The translations under genes and the position numbers were made by a program. From Chlamydiota bacterium (lineage in GTDB: Bacteria; Auribacterota; JACPWU01), in contig JACPWU010000028.1 of NCBI GenBank assembly GCA_016196885.1, positions 13,885-45,884 of the forward strand: a stretch of 32,000 nt of DNA, read 5' to 3'. Each line of letters begins with the position of its first letter. Within the stretch, counting starts at the first letter, position 1. The notes under the pieces were generated by a model. That model was given only the letters and a program-made list of their open reading frames with translations, made no database searches and was not told where the DNA came from. Shown piece by piece: positions 1 through 6,909 of this stretch.

Positions 1-922
1 TCTCGGCATAGGCGATCAAGGCTTCTTTGATTTTTTCCAGTTCCTCGTCCATTTGTTTCACCAAATCATTTTTCTTGGTTGATATCTCTGCGTAACGATT
101 GACCAAGGTGACGCCCGTTTCATTCAAATATTCATGAACCGGCAGCACCTCCACTTTCCGAAGATGTTTCATCAGGGGACAAATATCCACAAACTCACAC
201 CAGGGGCAAATCGCACTTTCACGCGGCGGAAAATCCTTTGCAGATTCAACTTCGCGAATCACTTGAATGGTTTGCTCTCTCACTTGCGCCAAATCGGAAG
301 GCGAGCGTTCTGAAACAAGCTGTCGATCAAAGGCAAGATAATGCCAGACGAGGCGAACCCCTTTCACATCCGGCCATTGCTGCTGGATACCGATTTGATA
401 AAGGGCCAACTGACGATCCTGATCCACCTTCTCCTGTGTCGGTAAAGTCTGACCTGTTTTATAATCATGAATTTCAAGAACGCCATCTTCACCCTGGGCC
501 AGCCGATCAATAAAACCCATCAGGCGGTATTCCCCGCGTTCATCCAAATTGATAAAAATTTGCTGTTCCAGGCCCAAGGTTCTTGTCTGATCAAAGGGAT
601 AGAATTTTCGATAATAATCGCGAATACATTTTTCTCCCAACTTCCGATAATTTTCAGCCGTATAATCTTTTTTAATCATCTCCACATTTTCTGACCAATT
701 CTTGCGCCAGTCATCATTGTAAAAGGTGAGAAGATCGCCCAGGCTGTTCATCTTGGTCACCTTTAAATCGCGGTAAAGCTTCTCAAGCGTTTCGTGAACG
801 CGTTTGCCCAAAAAGGCCTCTATCGTCTCTCGGTCTTTCTTAATCCGATCCACGTAGCGGTATTTATATTGAAGGGGACAGGTCTCATAAGTCCCCAAGC
901 GAGAATGAGAATAGACTGGCAT
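1..922 (-). CDS. PD-(D/E)XK nuclease family protein, Cas4/AddB-like with Cys4 Fe-S staple (N-terminal ~307 aa; C-terminus runs off the left edge)
   Basis: My own translation of the minus strand from ATG at 920-922 gives MPVYSHSRLGTYETCPLQYKYRYVDRIKK... It stays open to position 1, so it is absent from the ORF track because it is open-ended. Motifs: N-terminal Cys in TCPLQY, nuclease core IHDYKTG and QLALYQ, and CPWCEFVDIC (C-x2-C-x5-C). Confidence 0.75.
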   Translation of the reverse strand, partial: MPVYSHSRLGTYETCPLQYKYRYVDRIKKDRETIEAFLGKRVHETLEKLYRDLKVTKMNSLGDLLTFYNDDWRKNWSENVEMIKKDYTAENYRKLGEKCIRDYYRKFYPFDQTRTLGLEQQIFINLDERGEYRLMGFIDRLAQGEDGVLEIHDYKTGQTLPTQEKVDQDRQLALYQIGIQQQWPDVKGVRLVWHYLAFDRQLVSERSPSDLAQVREQTIQVIREVESAKDFPPRESAICPWCEFVDICPLMKHLRKVEVLPVHEYLNETGVTLVNRYAEISTKKNDLVKQMDEELEKIKEALIAYAE

Positions 923-947
923 TGTTCTCAAATCCTTTTTTAAACCT

Positions 948-1622
948 TTATTTTTTTAGATTCCTTTCTTCCAAGTGATGCTTGATGGTCTTTCCCTGAA
1001 CCAAATAGATCACGTCCTCGCCAATGTTGGTGGCATGATCAGCAATCCGCTCCAAATGGCGGCCGATCAAAATCAGGTCCACCGCCCTTTCAATCGCCGA
1101 AGAGTCTTGAAGCATGTAAGTCAGAAGCTCTCTAAAAATCTGATCATTCAAATCATCCACTTCATCATCTCGCTCACACACACTGCGAGCCAATTTTGCA
1201 TCTTGATTCACAAATGCATCAAGGCTGTCTTTTACCATTTTTTGAGCAAGATTCGCCATGCGTGGAATGTCAATCAAAGGTTTGAGAAGAGGTTTTTTCA
1301 AGAGGTCTAGCGTTCTCTCAGCAATATTAACGGCCAAATCCCCCATGCGTTCTAAATCATTCACAATTTTCATCACCATGATAATCAGCCGCAAATCCGA
1401 CCCCGCCGGCTGATGAAGCGCCAAAAGTCTGAAACACATTTCCTCAATTTCAATCTCGAGCATGTTGATCACATCATCAGATCTAACCACACCTTCCGTC
1501 ATAACCTCGTCTCGATTCACCAGAGCCTTGACAGATAGGCTGATCGCATCCTCCACCAGCCCTCCCATTCTCAAAAGTTCTTGCTTTAATTTTCCCAGCT
1601 CCTCATCAAAATGTCGTTGCAT
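948..1622 (-). CDS. phoU: phosphate signalling/transport regulator PhoU
   Basis: 224-aa ORF with the duplicated PhoU repeat (DLERMGDLAVNIAE and HLERIADHATNIGE). It is the last gene of the pst operon. Confidence 0.95.
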   Translation of the reverse strand: MQRHFDEELGKLKQELLRMGGLVEDAISLSVKALVNRDEVMTEGVVRSDDVINMLEIEIEEMCFRLLALHQPAGSDLRLIIMVMKIVNDLERMGDLAVNIAERTLDLLKKPLLKPLIDIPRMANLAQKMVKDSLDAFVNQDAKLARSVCERDDEVDDLNDQIFRELLTYMLQDSSAIERAVDLILIGRHLERIADHATNIGEDVIYLVQGKTIKHHLEERNLKK

Positions 1623-1638
1623 AATAACTCCTGTTTTT

Positions 1639-1712
1639 AGTCGTGAGTCATGGGTCGTGAGTATTAAGGTTTTTATTTTTTACTCACGACTCAAGACCCA
1701 CAACCCACGACT
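1639..1712. repeat. heptamer-period hairpin element, GTCGTGA/ACTCACG word (pstB-phoU spacer)
   Basis: Left arm gtcgtga|gtcatgg|gtcgtga. Right arm actcacg|actcaag|acccaca|acccacg. AT loop ttaaggtttttattttt. Confidence 0.85.
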
Positions 1713-1716
1713 GTTT

Positions 1717-2469
1717 TTACCCGAATCTTCCCGAAATATAATCATTCGTTCGTTGATCTACCGGATTCGTAAAAATCTTGTCCGTCTGGCCAAATTCTAC
1801 AAGCTCCCCTAAGAGCATAAATCCAACATCATCTGAAATACGAGCTGCCTGCTGCATGTTGTGCGTTACAATGACAATGGTGTAACGTTCTTTCAATTGA
1901 AAACACAGTTCTTCGATCTTGGCTGTCGCAATAGGATCCAAAGCTGAGCAAGGCTCATCCATCAAAAGCACATCCGGTTCAATGGCCAGGAGCCTCGCAA
2001 TACAAAGCCTCTGCTGCTGCTCCCCTGAAAGAGACAGGGCCGAATGGTGCAACTTGTCTTTTAACACCTCCCACAATTCTACCGCACTTAAACACCGTTC
2101 TACCAGCCCTTCTAAGTCTTTTGATTTGGCCAAGCCATGAACCCGAGGGCCATAAGCTACATTTTCAAAAATAGAAATGGGGAAAGGATTGGGCCTCTGA
2201 AAAACCATGCCAATTCTTTTTCTCAACTCGGAAAGAAGAATGTCGCGACCAAAAATATTTTTCCCATCAATCAGAACTTCACCCTCTATGCGGACGCCGT
2301 CAATTAAATCATTCATTCGATTGAACACTCGAAGCAGAGTAGACTTCCCACAACCCGAAGGCCCAATCATAGATGTAATCCGGCACGCCTCAATGTTCAT
2401 AGAAACATCTTTCAAGGCGTGGAAAGAGCTGTAGTAAAGATTTAGATCCTGCACATGAATTTTGCTCAT
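1717..2469 (-). CDS. pstB: phosphate ABC transporter ATP-binding protein PstB (canonical Walker A, Q-loop and H-loop; signature LSGEQ)
   Basis: 250 aa with [47 protein letters not shown] and the typical PstB C-terminus YISGRFG. Confidence 0.95.
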   Translation of the reverse strand: MSKIHVQDLNLYYSSFHALKDVSMNIEACRITSMIGPSGCGKSTLLRVFNRMNDLIDGVRIEGEVLIDGKNIFGRDILLSELRKRIGMVFQRPNPFPISIFENVAYGPRVHGLAKSKDLEGLVERCLSAVELWEVLKDKLHHSALSLSGEQQQRLCIARLLAIEPDVLLMDEPCSALDPIATAKIEELCFQLKERYTIVIVTHNMQQAARISDDVGFMLLGELVEFGQTDKIFTNPVDQRTNDYISGRFG

Positions 2470-2479
2470 CGTTTTTTAT

Positions 2480-2562
2480 CAGTCGTGAGTCGTCAGTCGT
2501 GGGTCGTGAGTTTTAAAGGTATTTTATTTTACTCACGACTCAAAACCCACGACTCACGACTG
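2480..2562. repeat. heptamer-period hairpin element, GTCGTGA/ACTCACG word (pstB'-pstB spacer)
   Basis: Left arm gtcgtga|gtcgtca|gtcgtgg|gtcgtga. Right arm actcacg|actcaaa|acccacg|actcacg. The loop tttaaaggtattttatttt is homologous to that of the 1639-1712 copy. Confidence 0.85.
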
Positions 2563-2565
2563 CCT

Positions 2566-3309
2566 TTAACCAAACCTCCCCGTAATGTATTCCCCTGTTC
2601 TATTGTCCCTTGGGTTAGTGAAAATCTTACTGGTTCCATCAACCTCCACCAATTCTCCCATTAAAAAGAAGGCAACCCGGTCACTCACGCGAGCCGCTTG
2701 TTTGGTATTATTTGTCACTAAAACCAATGTGTATTTTTCTTTCAGTTCAAGCATGGCCTCTTCCACCTTGGCTGTCGAAATAGGATCTAACCCAGAACAA
2801 GGCTCATCAAAAAGAATGACTTCCGGTTCTACCGCTAAAGTCCTTGCAATGCAAAGTCTTTGCTGTTGACCTCCCGACAATTTAAAAGCAGAACTGGAAA
2901 GACGATCTTTGACCTCCTCCCAAAGATAGGAGGCCTTGAGACTTTTTTCAACAATGTCTGCCAGTTCCTTTTTTTTGTGAATTCCATGCATACGCGGACC
3001 ATAAGCTACATTGTCAAAAATAGATAAAGGCAAAGGGAGAGGAAGCGCAAACACCATTCCAATTCTTTTTCTTAACAAAGAGACGTTGATTTTTTGAATA
3101 TCTTCCCCATCCATAAGAACCTGCCCTTCCATTCTCACGTGAAGTTCTAAATCGTTCAAACGATTCAATGTCCTTAGAAAGGATGTTTTCCCACTGTTTG
3201 CAGGTCCAATCGCTCCCAAAATCTCATTGCGGCGTATTTCCATGGAAATACCTTTTAAGGCATGAATAGAACCATAATAAACATGAAGATCTTCAACTTT
3301 AATTTTCAT
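2566..3309 (-). CDS. second PstB-like ATP-binding protein with degenerate Q-loop and H-loop
   Basis: 247 aa, a little over half identical to the neighbouring PstB by eye. Walker A is GPANSGKTS. The Q-loop position reads MVFALPLPLP (Q to A). The signature is canonical LSGGQQQRL. Walker B is ILFDEPCSGLD. The H-loop reads VTNNTKQA (H to N). Confidence 0.9.
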   Translation of the reverse strand: MKIKVEDLHVYYGSIHALKGISMEIRRNEILGAIGPANSGKTSFLRTLNRLNDLELHVRMEGQVLMDGEDIQKINVSLLRKRIGMVFALPLPLPLSIFDNVAYGPRMHGIHKKKELADIVEKSLKASYLWEEVKDRLSSSAFKLSGGQQQRLCIARTLAVEPEVILFDEPCSGLDPISTAKVEEAMLELKEKYTLVLVTNNTKQAARVSDRVAFFLMGELVEVDGTSKIFTNPRDNRTGEYITGRFG

Positions 3310-3312
3310 AAG

Positions 3313-3340
3313 CCTTTAAACTTTTAAACCTTTGAACTTT
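3313..3340. repeat. AAAC(C/T)TTT tandem word block (pstA-pstB' spacer)
   Basis: cctttaaacttttaaacctttgaacttt. The same words occur at 21438-21473 and 937-950. Confidence 0.7.
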
Positions 3341-3346
3341 CGCGAA

Positions 3347-4198
3347 TCACCACTGCTTTCTTCTTCTAAACCTCGCCCTGATAATCACCGCAAAAAGATT
3401 GAGAATCAGGACCATTCCGACCAACACCAAAGCTGTCCCATACTGAACTTCCGGTTTTACATTGGGAACTTGAGTTGAAAGCACATACAAATGGTAAGGA
3501 AGCACCATGACCTGATCAAAGAAAGAATGAGGCAGGCGCGGCAAATAAAAAGCTGCAACTGTAAAAAGAACTGGAGCCGTTTCTCCTGCCGCTCGAGAAA
3601 GGCCCAAAACAATTCCCGTCAAAATCCCTGGCAAGGCATTGGGCAACACCGCATGACGAATGGTTTGCCACCCTGTCGCACCCAAAGAGAGACTGACCTC
3701 TCGAAAAGAACGTGGCACCGTTGATAAAGCTTCTTTCGTAGATGTAATAATCACAGGAAGGGTCATGATTGCTAGGGTTAGAGCTCCAGCCAAAATTGAA
3801 GTTCCCATTTTTAGAAAAACCACAAAAAGTCCCAAACCAAAAAGGCCAAAGACAATCGAAGGAACACCCGCCAAATTTACAATCGCTACTTCCACAAAAC
3901 GTTTCAATGCATGGTCTCGAGCGTATTCCACCAGATAAACAGCCGCCAAAACGCCAAAGGGAATGGCAAAAAGCATGGTCACAGACACCAAATACAAGGT
4001 CCCCACAATGGCCGGGAAAATGCCCCCTGCCTTCATGCCCATTCTCGGCATCGCAGTCAAAAATTCCCAACTGATGCCGGGCCCCCCACGAATCACAATC
4101 AGAGCAATAATGACAAAAACAGGTGCGATCACCAAAACAGTGCACAAGGACAAAAGGGAAAAAGCAATTTTTTGAGTATGACGTGGAGAGATTATCAC
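3347..4198 (-). CDS. pstA: phosphate ABC transporter permease PstA
   Basis: 283 aa, polytopic, with an EAA-type loop (STKEALSTVPRSFREVSLSLGATGWQTI) followed by GETAPVLF. GTG start at 4196-4198, preceded by GAGGA. Confidence 0.9.
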   Translation of the reverse strand: MIISPRHTQKIAFSLLSLCTVLVIAPVFVIIALIVIRGGPGISWEFLTAMPRMGMKAGGIFPAIVGTLYLVSVTMLFAIPFGVLAAVYLVEYARDHALKRFVEVAIVNLAGVPSIVFGLFGLGLFVVFLKMGTSILAGALTLAIMTLPVIITSTKEALSTVPRSFREVSLSLGATGWQTIRHAVLPNALPGILTGIVLGLSRAAGETAPVLFTVAAFYLPRLPHSFFDQVMVLPYHLYVLSTQVPNVKPEVQYGTALVLVGMVLILNLFAVIIRARFRRRKQW

Positions 4199-4215
4199 AA
4201 TGTCCTCTGGTTAAC

Positions 4216-4289
4216 GTTCTTAGTTTTAAGTTTTTGGTTTTTGGTTTAAAAACTTTTTTCTGATCAACTCGAAACTCAAAACTAAGAAC
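4216..4289. repeat. heptamer-period hairpin element, NNNGGTT/AACTNNN word (pstC-pstA spacer)
   Basis: Left arm cttagtt|ttaagtt|tttggtt|tttggtt. Right arm aactcga|aactcaa|aactaag|aac. The outer 12 bp are perfect (gttcttagtttt/aaaactaagaac). Confidence 0.85.
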
Positions 4290-4293
4290 TGCA

Positions 4294-5223
4294 TTATTTC
4301 TTTCTATGCAATACAAAATCTGCAACTAAATTCACAAGAAATGTAATTAAAAATAAAACAATTCCAATCGCAAAAAGCGCAAAGTAATGAGAGCTACCCC
4401 GAACGGCCTCTCCCATTTCCGCGGCAATAGTCGCCGTCATGGTTCGAGCGGGATCAAAAAAACTTTTGGGTAAAATGGCCGCATTTCCTGTAATCATCAT
4501 TACGGCCATCGTTTCTCCAATGACGCGACCCATTCCAAGCATCACCCCCGCTAAAATTCCAGGAGCCGCCGCAGGAATTAAAACCCGATAAATGGTTTGC
4601 CACTGAGTTGCCCCTAAAGCAAAAGAACCTTCTCGATAGCTCTTAGGAACTGCATTAAAGGCATCTTCAATAATGCTTACAATCGTAGGCATCGCCATAA
4701 AAGCCAGCATCAAAGAACCTGAAAGGACCGTGAGTCCACTGCGTAAGTGAAAAAGATGTCTTACCAGAGGCACCAAAGTTACAAGCCCCACAAAACCAAG
4801 CACCACACTGGGAATCGCAGCCAAAAGTTCTACCCCTGCCTTAAAATAATCGCGCAAAGACCTTGGCACAATTTGGCCAATGAAAATAGCACATCCCAAA
4901 CCCAGGGGTACGGCAATCAAAACAGCTCCCAAGGTCACCCACAAAGATCCCATCAGAAGAGGAAGAACACCAAAGCGAGGAGGATCAGAAATGGGATACC
5001 AAAATTTTCCGATCAGAAAATCTTTGAGAGAAACGGTCTTAAAAAGAGACACGCCTTCTTTTAATAAAAATACAAAAATCAGAATGACAAAAAGGACAGA
5101 GGCTAAGCCACTGAGGAAAATTAGCTTTTCAATGATAAATTCAGAAATTTGTCTCTGTTGGATTTTCGTAATAGTCTCTCTTGTTTTAAAAATCCGAAGC
5201 ACGAATTTCGAAATCCGAAACAA
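4294..5223 (-). CDS. pstC: phosphate ABC transporter permease PstC (start codon uncertain)
   Basis: 309 aa with the permease loop IEDAFNAVPKSYREGSFALGATQWQTI followed by GETMAVMM. The only upstream starts are TTG (5221-5223) or GTG (5197-5199), and both lie inside the pstS-pstC hairpin element. Confidence 0.85.
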   Translation of the reverse strand: MFRISKFVLRIFKTRETITKIQQRQISEFIIEKLIFLSGLASVLFVILIFVFLLKEGVSLFKTVSLKDFLIGKFWYPISDPPRFGVLPLLMGSLWVTLGAVLIAVPLGLGCAIFIGQIVPRSLRDYFKAGVELLAAIPSVVLGFVGLVTLVPLVRHLFHLRSGLTVLSGSLMLAFMAMPTIVSIIEDAFNAVPKSYREGSFALGATQWQTIYRVLIPAAAPGILAGVMLGMGRVIGETMAVMMITGNAAILPKSFFDPARTMTATIAAEMGEAVRGSSHYFALFAIGIVLFLITFLVNLVADFVLHRKK

Positions 5224-5319
5224 ATCCGAAAACTCAAATTTAAAATTCTAACACTTTACACTTTCAACTGTTTAGATATTTGAATTTTAAATTTGTTTCG
5301 TACTTCGTGCTTCGAATTT
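5190..5319. repeat. heptamer-period nested hairpin element, CGAANNN word (pstS-pstC spacer, overlapping the pstC start)
   Basis: Helices at 5190-5205/5304-5319, 5216-5225/5291-5300 and 5236-5248/5282-5294. Arms are cgaagca|cgaattt|cgaaatc|cgaaaca and tttcgta|cttcgtg|cttcgaa|tttcgaa. Confidence 0.85.
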
Positions 5320-5324
5320 CGAAT

Positions 5325-6170
5325 TTATTTTTTCAACGGTACAAAATCCATTTGCTTCACAATTTCTTGACCTTGCGAGCTTTTTGCAAAATCAATAAAC
5401 ACCTTCACATTTCCCTGAGGAACGCCGCCCGTATACATGAGAAGAGGTCTTGAAATAGGATATTCTCCTTTGGAAGCGGTTTCAACCGAAGGCATGATAA
5501 AAGGTCCTTCTGGATTTTTAGAAACAGCGATTGCCTTTTCATCCTGGGTCAAATAACCCAAACCAAAATAGCCAATGGCCTCTGGATTATGCGAAACCTC
5601 TTCTGCAATCGTCTGAGAAGAAGGAAGCATCAAAATGGCAGGATCAAATTCTTCGGGGCCCTTTTCATTTCCACGTCTTACCACATGCTCTAAGAAAAAA
5701 ATATGCGTCCCTGAATTTCTCTCTCGGGAAAGCGCGACAATCTCACGATCCGGACCCCCCACTTCTTTCCAGTTCTTGATCTTCCCAGAAAAAATACCGG
5801 AAAGTTGATCAATATTAAGCTGACTCACGGGATTGTCCGGATGAACCACCACCGTCAAGGCATCAAGACCTACTACAAACTCCTTCACGTCATGCCCATT
5901 TTGCTTGGCCTGAGCAATCTCTTCAGGTTTCATGTTCCTAGAACTCTCTGCAATGTCACAGGTCCCATTGATCAAAGCCGCAATCCCAGTCCCCGAACCT
6001 CCCCCCGTCACTGCAATAGCCGAATCGGGATGAACCTCCATAAAGGCCTCTGCCCACGCCTGCCCCAGATTGACCATCGTATCCGATCCCTTCACCTGAA
6101 TCATTTTTTCACCGGCAAAAAGAGTTGTTCCACAAAAAAGCGATATAGCAAAAACCCAAAACTTTTTCAT
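5325..6170 (-). CDS. pstS: phosphate-binding protein PstS
   Basis: PBP-like motifs GSDTMVNLGQAWAEAF and VTGGGSGTGIAAL. I place the start at the second Met (ATG 6168-6170) because AAGGAGGA lies 4 nt upstream (6175-6182). From there the signal-peptide-like MKKFWVFAISLF begins. Confidence 0.9.
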   Translation of the reverse strand: MKKFWVFAISLFCGTTLFAGEKMIQVKGSDTMVNLGQAWAEAFMEVHPDSAIAVTGGGSGTGIAALINGTCDIAESSRNMKPEEIAQAKQNGHDVKEFVVGLDALTVVVHPDNPVSQLNIDQLSGIFSGKIKNWKEVGGPDREIVALSRERNSGTHIFFLEHVVRRGNEKGPEEFDPAILMLPSSQTIAEEVSHNPEAIGYFGLGYLTQDEKAIAVSKNPEGPFIMPSVETASKGEYPISRPLLMYTGGVPQGNVKVFIDFAKSSQGQEIVKQMDFVPLKK

Positions 6171-6200
6171 CCTATCCTCCTTTTTAAATTTCATTCACAA

Positions 6201-6229
6201 TACAGGAGTTTTGTGACAAGGGTGTGAAC
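6201..6229 (-). promoter_or_regulatory. Pho-box-like direct repeats (11-bp period) upstream of pstS, shared with the divergent CYTH gene
   Basis: The minus strand reads GTTCACA-ccct-TGTCACA-aaac-TCCTGTA. TGTCAC matches the E. coli Pho-box half-site CTGTCA(C/T). A TATTGT -10 candidate lies 9 nt downstream (6197-6202). Confidence 0.45.
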
Positions 6230-6243
6230 TTTTTGTTAAAGAA

Positions 6244-6909
6244 ATGTCAAATATGCTAGCATCATTACGGATGAAACAATCAAAAGAAATTGAATTTAAA
6301 TGGCAATGCGAGTCCCTTCAGGATTTTCAAAAATTCATAAAAGCGGCTCACACATGGGGTCATGATTTCAGCCAAACCAAAAAAGTTTCGATCCATGATT
6401 ATTACCTAGACACATCCCAACGATTCTTCGGCGAACGTCACGTCTCTTGCCGTCTTCGTAAACAAGACAAACGCTGGGAATTGACCTTGAAATCTAAATC
6501 AAAACTCAAGAGAGGACTGGCTGAAAGACTTGAAAAAACATGGCGTCTTGGGCACCTCCTCATTTTTTCTCAGGCGCTCAACCATTGTCAAAACCACATC
6601 CTTAAAGAAACGCTAAATTCTCAAAAACTTCAGGTGATTTTTGAAATCAGAAACAAGCGCCGCATGAAACAATTATGGATCACGCCTCACACCCAGGCCG
6701 CAATCTCTTTCGACAGCGTGAGCATCTCCAGAAAATCACGCTCCTTTCCCATGCTTGAGATTGAACTGGAATTCATTCGAGGGAATTCAGCTAGCTTTCT
6801 CTCTTTCATTCAAAAAATTTCTCGCCTCACAAAACTCAAAGCGGCCAAAACCTCTAAAGTTGAGAGGGCACTCAAAACATTTGGACTCAGGACGCGAAAG
6901 GGACCGTGA
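6244..6909 (+). CDS. CYTH-domain protein (triphosphate tunnel metalloenzyme family)
   Basis: N-terminal EIEFKW (ExExK), then CRLRK, LTLKSK and C-terminal LEIELEF, in the order typical of CYTH/TTM proteins. The true start may be an internal Met (MKQSKEIEFKW). Confidence 0.7.
   Translation: MSNMLASLRMKQSKEIEFKWQCESLQDFQKFIKAAHTWGHDFSQTKKVSIHDYYLDTSQRFFGERHVSCRLRKQDKRWELTLKSKSKLKRGLAERLEKTWRLGHLLIFSQALNHCQNHILKETLNSQKLQVIFEIRNKRRMKQLWITPHTQAAISFDSVSISRKSRSFPMLEIELEFIRGNSASFLSFIQKISRLTKLKAAKTSKVERALKTFGLRTRKGP

Noticed and set aside
1632-1719. 8-bp direct repeat TGTTTTTA flanking the 1639-1712 hairpin, as a MITE target-site duplication
   Set aside because: The homologous element at 2480-2562 has no flanking duplication. 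The right copy overlaps the pstB stop codon, so this is likely coincidental T-rich sequence.
3516-4325. 269-aa minus-strand ORF overlapping most of pstA and the pstC-pstA spacer
   Set aside because: It lies in an alternative frame of the well-supported pstA gene. The product is Cys/Gly/Phe-rich with no recognisable motifs and runs through the repeat element, so it is a shadow ORF.
6171-6194. Longer N-termini suggested by the ORF track for pstS (6194), phoR (8146), the MBL hydrolase (26336) and the membrane protein (10408)
   Set aside because: The extensions lack RBSs. They run through repeat elements, the Pho-box region or an upstream gene, and they add non-homologous residues. Internal Met starts with better context were chosen.
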